This document shows positions 59,811-64,000 of a stretch of 64,000 bases of DNA, in pieces. The notes below the pieces were generated by a model. It did not search any database. It was not told the DNA's origin and saw only the letters and a program-made list of their open reading frames with translations. Numbering within the stretch: the first letter of the stretch is position 1; every line of letters starts with the position of its first letter. Both the position numbers and the translations under genes were made by a program. The DNA comes from Planctomycetota bacterium (lineage in GTDB: Bacteria > Planctomycetota > Phycisphaerae > Phycisphaerales > Phycisphaeraceae), in contig JAJRRC010000109.1 of the NCBI GenBank assembly GCA_024279865.1, forward strand, positions 17,513 to 81,512, given 5' to 3'.

Positions 59811-61003
59811 AGGTGTGATGCCTTTTTCAAATGGGGATCAATCGCGTCGCGTAACGATTCACCCACGAGGTTGTATGCAAAAACAGTCAGAAAAATCGCC
59901 AAGCCCGGATAAATCCCCATCCACCAGAAAAACGAGCCGCCTAACCCACGGGTCTCATTGAGCATCTGCCCCCAACTGGGTTCTTCAACGAGTCCCAATC
60001 CCAAAAAGCTCAAAGTGCTTTCACTGAGGATCGCCCCTGCGACCCCAAAGCTCGCACTGACCAACACAGGGGTAATCCCATTGGGCAACATGTGACGAAA
60101 CAAAACCGACCGCAACGGTAAGCCACACGCAATAGCAGCCTGCACAAAGTCCTGTTGACGTAGTTTTAAGAATTCAGCCCGCACAAAAACCGCATAGCCC
60201 ACCCAGCCGGTCAGGCCCAGAATCACCATGATGAGGTATAAATTCCTGCCATAGAACGCCACAAACGCGATCAGCAAAAAGATCGTGGGAATCGCACTAA
60301 AAACTTCCACCAATCGCATCCCAAGTAAATCGACGATACCTGAAAAATAGCCCATCAACCCGCCAATCGTCACACCCAAAACCAACGCAATCCCCGTGGC
60401 AATAAAACCAATCGCCAACGCAATGCGGCAAGCGTGAATCATGCGGCTTAACAAGTCTTCCCCCGATCCCGTCGTCCCCATCCAATGTTCACCACTGGGC
60501 GAAAGCAATCGCATCTCTTCAACACGTTCACGAAACCGGTCCGTCGGCGAATAAGGAACCACTGCAAAAAAAGCATACTGAGCATCCCCACTAGCTAAAA
60601 TTTCGCGGTAATGGCTATACACAATCGCTTTGGGAGGCTTCACAAAAGACAAGCTCAACACCGTCAGTACGAGCAAGCTAAAACACCAAATTTTAAACCA
60701 CGGATACTTCACCCACATTCGAACAATTAAAAGCAGCCCCGTCCAAAAGGTCATCACCAGTAAAATCACATCGACCGCAGAGAGATGACGCAACATGGGA
60801 CTGGTCCATTGACCATCAGCCGTCTGCAATAAAATGGGATGACTTGAGGCAATCACCGGAGCAAAAATAGCGCAAAACGCCACAATACCAATCCATAACA
60901 ACCCCGCTCGTGCGCCCCAACGCCCCATCGTGTCCAGCAAAATACGGGCAGCGTAACTTCGCGGCAAAGCTGAATCGGATTTTGTTTGTAGGTCTTTTGT
61001 CAT
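59807..61003 (-). CDS. Opp/Dpp-type ABC permease (OppC/DppC-like)
   Basis: Contains the EAA-loop region and has a long N-terminal extension. It overlaps the ATPase gene by 4 nt. Confidence 0.8.
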   Translation of the reverse strand: MTKDLQTKSDSALPRSYAARILLDTMGRWGARAGLLWIGIVAFCAIFAPVIASSHPILLQTADGQWTSPMLRHLSAVDVILLVMTFWTGLLLIVRMWVKYPWFKIWCFSLLVLTVLSLSFVKPPKAIVYSHYREILASGDAQYAFFAVVPYSPTDRFRERVEEMRLLSPSGEHWMGTTGSGEDLLSRMIHACRIALAIGFIATGIALVLGVTIGGLMGYFSGIVDLLGMRLVEVFSAIPTIFLLIAFVAFYGRNLYLIMVILGLTGWVGYAVFVRAEFLKLRQQDFVQAAIACGLPLRSVLFRHMLPNGITPVLVSASFGVAGAILSESTLSFLGLGLVEEPSWGQMLNETRGLGGSFFWWMGIYPGLAIFLTVFAYNLVGESLRDAIDPHLKKASHL

Positions 61004-61006
61004 CTT

Positions 61007-62374
61007 TTATTCGTAACTCACACGCGGGTCCGCTGCTGCATAACAAATATCACGCAGCAATTCACTGGCCAACCCCAACAGGCCACCTAGCAAAGTGGTT
61101 CCCATGACCACTTCACGGTCCTTCATAAAAGCAGCTTCCACGCCGAGCTTGCCCATGCCTGGGATACTGAAAATATTTTCCACCACCACCGAACCCACAA
61201 ACAACGCAGGCAAAATCGAGGCTGATACCGTAATCAAAGGCAGCAAACTATTACGCAACACATGACGGAATAAAACCGTGTGCTCGCTCACGCCTTTGGC
61301 TCGAACGGTTCGCACATAATCGCAACTGATGTTGTCTAAAATTGAGCCACGGGTCAGTTTGGATAACACCGCAAAGCCCCCATAGGTCAAACACAAAATC
61401 GGCAAAGCCAAATGCCACGCAGCATCCAAAAGCCAGCCCCGCTCAAAACCTTCAGGTCCAAACGAAGGCAAAAAACGCATCGTATCGGCTTCTAACGCAT
61501 GGAGGCCATCGGTTGGAAAAAACTTCCAATATTGTGTGTTGGCAAAATAGCCGATGAGCATCACACCCACCCAGATCACCGGCAAACACCACAGCCCCAG
61601 CATGATAAAACCACTGATAATATCAAACGCGCGGCCGCGATATCTTGCCGCCAGAATCCCCGTCACCAAAGCAATACTGTAAATAATCGGAATCGTAATC
61701 AGATTCAATAGCAACGTGATCGGCACCGCCTCACCAAGCAACTGCGTGACCCGCCGACCTCGCAAACTTTGCCCCAGATCAGGCATCTTCACCGCAGGAC
61801 GAGCAAATAAAATCCGCTGACGGCCCGCCAATTCCAATAAAAGCAACGCGGCCGTCGTCTTGGCTGTAAGCGGAGATTTAATCTCCACCTCAGGATTGAT
61901 CTCTTTGAGCAAGTTTTCACCTGCCGAGGCCTCGCCCAAAGCATCATTGAGTAAACGCGTGGCCTCTAAAGGAGAAATATCCTGATACTTGGCGAGCATT
62001 TCCGCCAAAGCGAGCATGTGACCAGGCCTACCTTTGAGGCTGCCAAACAAGGGATCTGCATCAATGGCGGTCTGGGCCTCGGCCAACTGTTCGTGGGTGA
62101 ATTGGATCTGTGAAGATGTTAAAAAACCCACGGGGGAAACTTGATTCAACCAGCGGCCGTATTGAATGATTGCAGGTTGATCGAGGCCATATCGGCGATT
62201 GAAATATTCACGGATACGACGAGATTCTTCGCCTTCGTTTTGAGAGCCCTGTTCATTGAGAACCGACCCACCAAAGCCCCCCGGGGCCAAGGCCATGATA
62301 AAAAACACCACAGCCGTCACGCCGACAAGCGTGGGAAGCATCAAGGCCAATCTGCGAAAGATGTAAGTCAGCAT
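61007..62374 (-). CDS. Opp/Dpp-type ABC permease (OppB/DppB-like) with an enlarged periplasmic loop
   Basis: MLTYIFRRL N-terminus and DYVRTVRAKGVSE EAA motif. It has about 130 extra residues after TM1. Confidence 0.8.
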   Translation of the reverse strand: MLTYIFRRLALMLPTLVGVTAVVFFIMALAPGGFGGSVLNEQGSQNEGEESRRIREYFNRRYGLDQPAIIQYGRWLNQVSPVGFLTSSQIQFTHEQLAEAQTAIDADPLFGSLKGRPGHMLALAEMLAKYQDISPLEATRLLNDALGEASAGENLLKEINPEVEIKSPLTAKTTAALLLLELAGRQRILFARPAVKMPDLGQSLRGRRVTQLLGEAVPITLLLNLITIPIIYSIALVTGILAARYRGRAFDIISGFIMLGLWCLPVIWVGVMLIGYFANTQYWKFFPTDGLHALEADTMRFLPSFGPEGFERGWLLDAAWHLALPILCLTYGGFAVLSKLTRGSILDNISCDYVRTVRAKGVSEHTVLFRHVLRNSLLPLITVSASILPALFVGSVVVENIFSIPGMGKLGVEAAFMKDREVVMGTTLLGGLLGLASELLRDICYAAADPRVSYE

Positions 62375-62418
62375 GAAAAAGTAATATCACCAAAAGACAA
62401 AGACACAGGGAAACGACG

Positions 62419-64000
62419 CTATTCACTCCAATGTTGAAGTGCTCGCGGGACGTACCATTCTTCGATGCCGTTGAGGCCTGTCTTGACGCGTTGAATGTTT
62501 TTGAAACGTTTGTCGACGAACATAACCGCCCGGGAGGTCCACAGAAAAGTGTACGGTTGATCTTCGTGCAAGATGCTATGAACCTGATGCCAAATTTTCA
62601 TTCGTGTATCTTCGTCCATGGTCACTCTGGCCTGATCGATCAGACGGTCAAGGTCTTTGTTGATGTAGTGGACATAGTTGTCGCCGCCGTCGGAAACTTG
62701 ATCCGAATGGAAGATTTGAAAGGGATCGCCCTCGACGCTGCCGCTCCAACCGAGGGTCATGGCATCAAATTTTCGTTGGCCGATCCGCTGCAACATGATC
62801 GTCCATTCCAGCGGGTCGGGTTCCATGACAATCCCCGCGCGGGCGTAAGCATCTTTGAGATAAAAGGCCATCTGTTGATAGTTTTTACTCGATGCGGGGT
62901 AGATCAACTTAAATTCAAAGGGTTCGCCTGTCGCGCTTTCGATGATGCCGTCGCCGTCACGATCTTTGAAGCCAGCCTCAGCCAGCAATGCTTTGGCCTG
63001 CTTGGTATCGTAAGGCCACAGCTGGACATCCGGGTTCGCCTGTGGGCCAAGCCTGTGAAAAGGACTCGACGTGGGTGTTGCCAGGCCAACCATCAACCGC
63101 TTGGCCATTTGCTGACGATTGGTCAGTAAGGTCATCGCACGCCTCACACGCTTATCTGCAAAACGGGTGGGCACGCCCTCTTTCATCTGATTCCAAGCCA
63201 AGTAACGGTAGCCACCGGTAATGGTTTCATATTCAAAAAACTGTTTTTGCTTGCGAAGCTGAGGGTCTTTTTTCAAAGCCAAGTATTGTTCAGGTGTTGG
63301 GTTGTACCGATCCAGTTCGCCGTTGCGGAAAGAAACCAGCCGAGCTGTATCATCGGTAATTTCTCGATAGACGATTCGGTCCATCGCCGGCTGCACGCCC
63401 CAGTATTGATCATTGCGAACCAGTTCAACCTTGCCTGTGCCTGGCTTCCACTGTTTGGGATTCACCGATAGTTTGTAAGGGCCACTGCCAAAAAGCAGAC
63501 CCGGCGATTCATTGAACTGTTCTTCAGTAAATTGGTTGTAAAAATGCTTGGCCATCACACTCAAGCCCCCACAAATATCAAAGCCTTTGAAGTAGGCTTC
63601 TTTGAGTGTGAAGACCACGCGATATTTGCCCTCAGCTTTGACGGTCGCGAGCTTGCTGTAATAGGCTCGGTCACGGGGTGCTGCAATTTTGGGATTCATA
63701 ATCCAGTCATAGGAAAAGACAATATCCTCGGCTGTCAAAGAGACGCCATCAGAAAAATGAACGTCCTCACGCAGTTCAAATGTGATGGTTAAACCGTCCT
63801 CACTGACCGTCCAGCTCTTGGCGATCCAAGGCTTCCACGCCAGCGTGACCGGGTCACGGACTGCCAAGCTTTCGAGAACCTGACTGGCAATCACACTCTG
63901 ATACACATCAGCCGAAACCAACGGCGTCAGCTTCCCCACCGTTGAACCAAAGGGATACACAAACCAGTCACCCTGCGAGAAATCAGGCTTCGCCCGAACT
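62419..64000 (-). CDS. ABC substrate-binding protein, family 5 (OppA/DppA-like), N-terminus beyond window
   Basis: Family-5 SBP pattern. The frame stays open past the GTG at 63960 through nt 64000. Confidence 0.8.
   Translation of the reverse strand, partial: VRAKPDFSQGDWFVYPFGSTVGKLTPLVSADVYQSVIASQVLESLAVRDPVTLAWKPWIAKSWTVSEDGLTITFELREDVHFSDGVSLTAEDIVFSYDWIMNPKIAAPRDRAYYSKLATVKAEGKYRVVFTLKEAYFKGFDICGGLSVMAKHFYNQFTEEQFNESPGLLFGSGPYKLSVNPKQWKPGTGKVELVRNDQYWGVQPAMDRIVYREITDDTARLVSFRNGELDRYNPTPEQYLALKKDPQLRKQKQFFEYETITGGYRYLAWNQMKEGVPTRFADKRVRRAMTLLTNRQQMAKRLMVGLATPTSSPFHRLGPQANPDVQLWPYDTKQAKALLAEAGFKDRDGDGIIESATGEPFEFKLIYPASSKNYQQMAFYLKDAYARAGIVMEPDPLEWTIMLQRIGQRKFDAMTLGWSGSVEGDPFQIFHSDQVSDGGDNYVHYINKDLDRLIDQARVTMDEDTRMKIWHQVHSILHEDQPYTFLWTSRAVMFVDKRFKNIQRVKTGLNGIEEWYVPRALQHWSE

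Noticed and set aside
1-64000. A search for tRNA, rRNA, tmRNA, RNase P and CRISPR arrays in the intergenic regions
   Set aside because: No T-loop (GGTTCGAATCC-like) or acceptor pattern, rRNA-like stretch or spaced direct-repeat array was seen. This was a by-eye scan only, so small ncRNAs could have been missed.

Overview
This is a 64-kb chromosomal window with about 50 protein-coding genes. I recognised no rRNA, tRNA or CRISPR array while reading by eye. The gene content suggests a PVC-group, Planctomycetota-like bacterium, but that is inference only. It rests on five sulfatases, a giant membrane-anchored multihaem cytochrome c, short ceramidase-like hydrolases, TPR lipoproteins and weak Shine-Dalgarno sites.

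Gene order:
- birA (5' partial), then a class I aminotransferase and citramalate synthase on the minus strand.
- A respiratory block. It holds a 1750-aa 8-haem cytochrome c fused to a cupredoxin, a free-standing cupredoxin paralogue, ctaC, an oversized ctaD, ctaA, ctaB, ctaE and ctaF, plus an orphan ABC ATPase.
- A truncated SecA paralogue, a sulfatase, a TPR lipoprotein, a LigD_N-like protein, arsC and an IS4 transposase relic.
- A lipoprotein, a YfgM-like protein and rluD.
- A four-gene minus-strand cassette: nucleotidyltransferase, small peptide, PqqD-like protein and HprK-like kinase.
- A 16-kb DeoR-associated locus. It contains a DegT aminotransferase, four ceramidase-like hydrolases, two TIM-barrel isomerases, two sulfatases, a Gfo/Idh/MocA oxidoreductase, a class III aminotransferase and a NagB-like deaminase.
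- An FtsQ-like protein and mutL carrying an in-frame stop codon.
- An alpha-carbonic anhydrase, feoAB, a UbiA-family protein and Skp.
- A sulfatase plus an Opp/Dpp-type ABC importer (3' partial).

Most interesting observations:
1. The kinase/PqqD/nucleotidyltransferase cassette has its own Tat-signal-like peptide ending in Ser and no lasso cyclase. It is a candidate undescribed peptide-modification system.
2. An Ile-rich 21-aa leader peptide sits upstream of cimA with three mutually exclusive hairpins, forming a textbook attenuator.
3. The ceramidase-like, sulfatase and aminotransferase genes form an apparent catabolic locus.
4. mutL is interrupted by TAA exactly at the Q of the DQHAX2EX4E endonuclease motif.
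5. ctaD carries two large insertions.
6. Several dispersed repeat families are present: a REP-like hairpin with compensatory stem changes, a roughly 55-nt 5' element in three copies, a heavily over-represented CCCCCGGAAG 10-mer, and CTGA-rich three-frame stop clusters.
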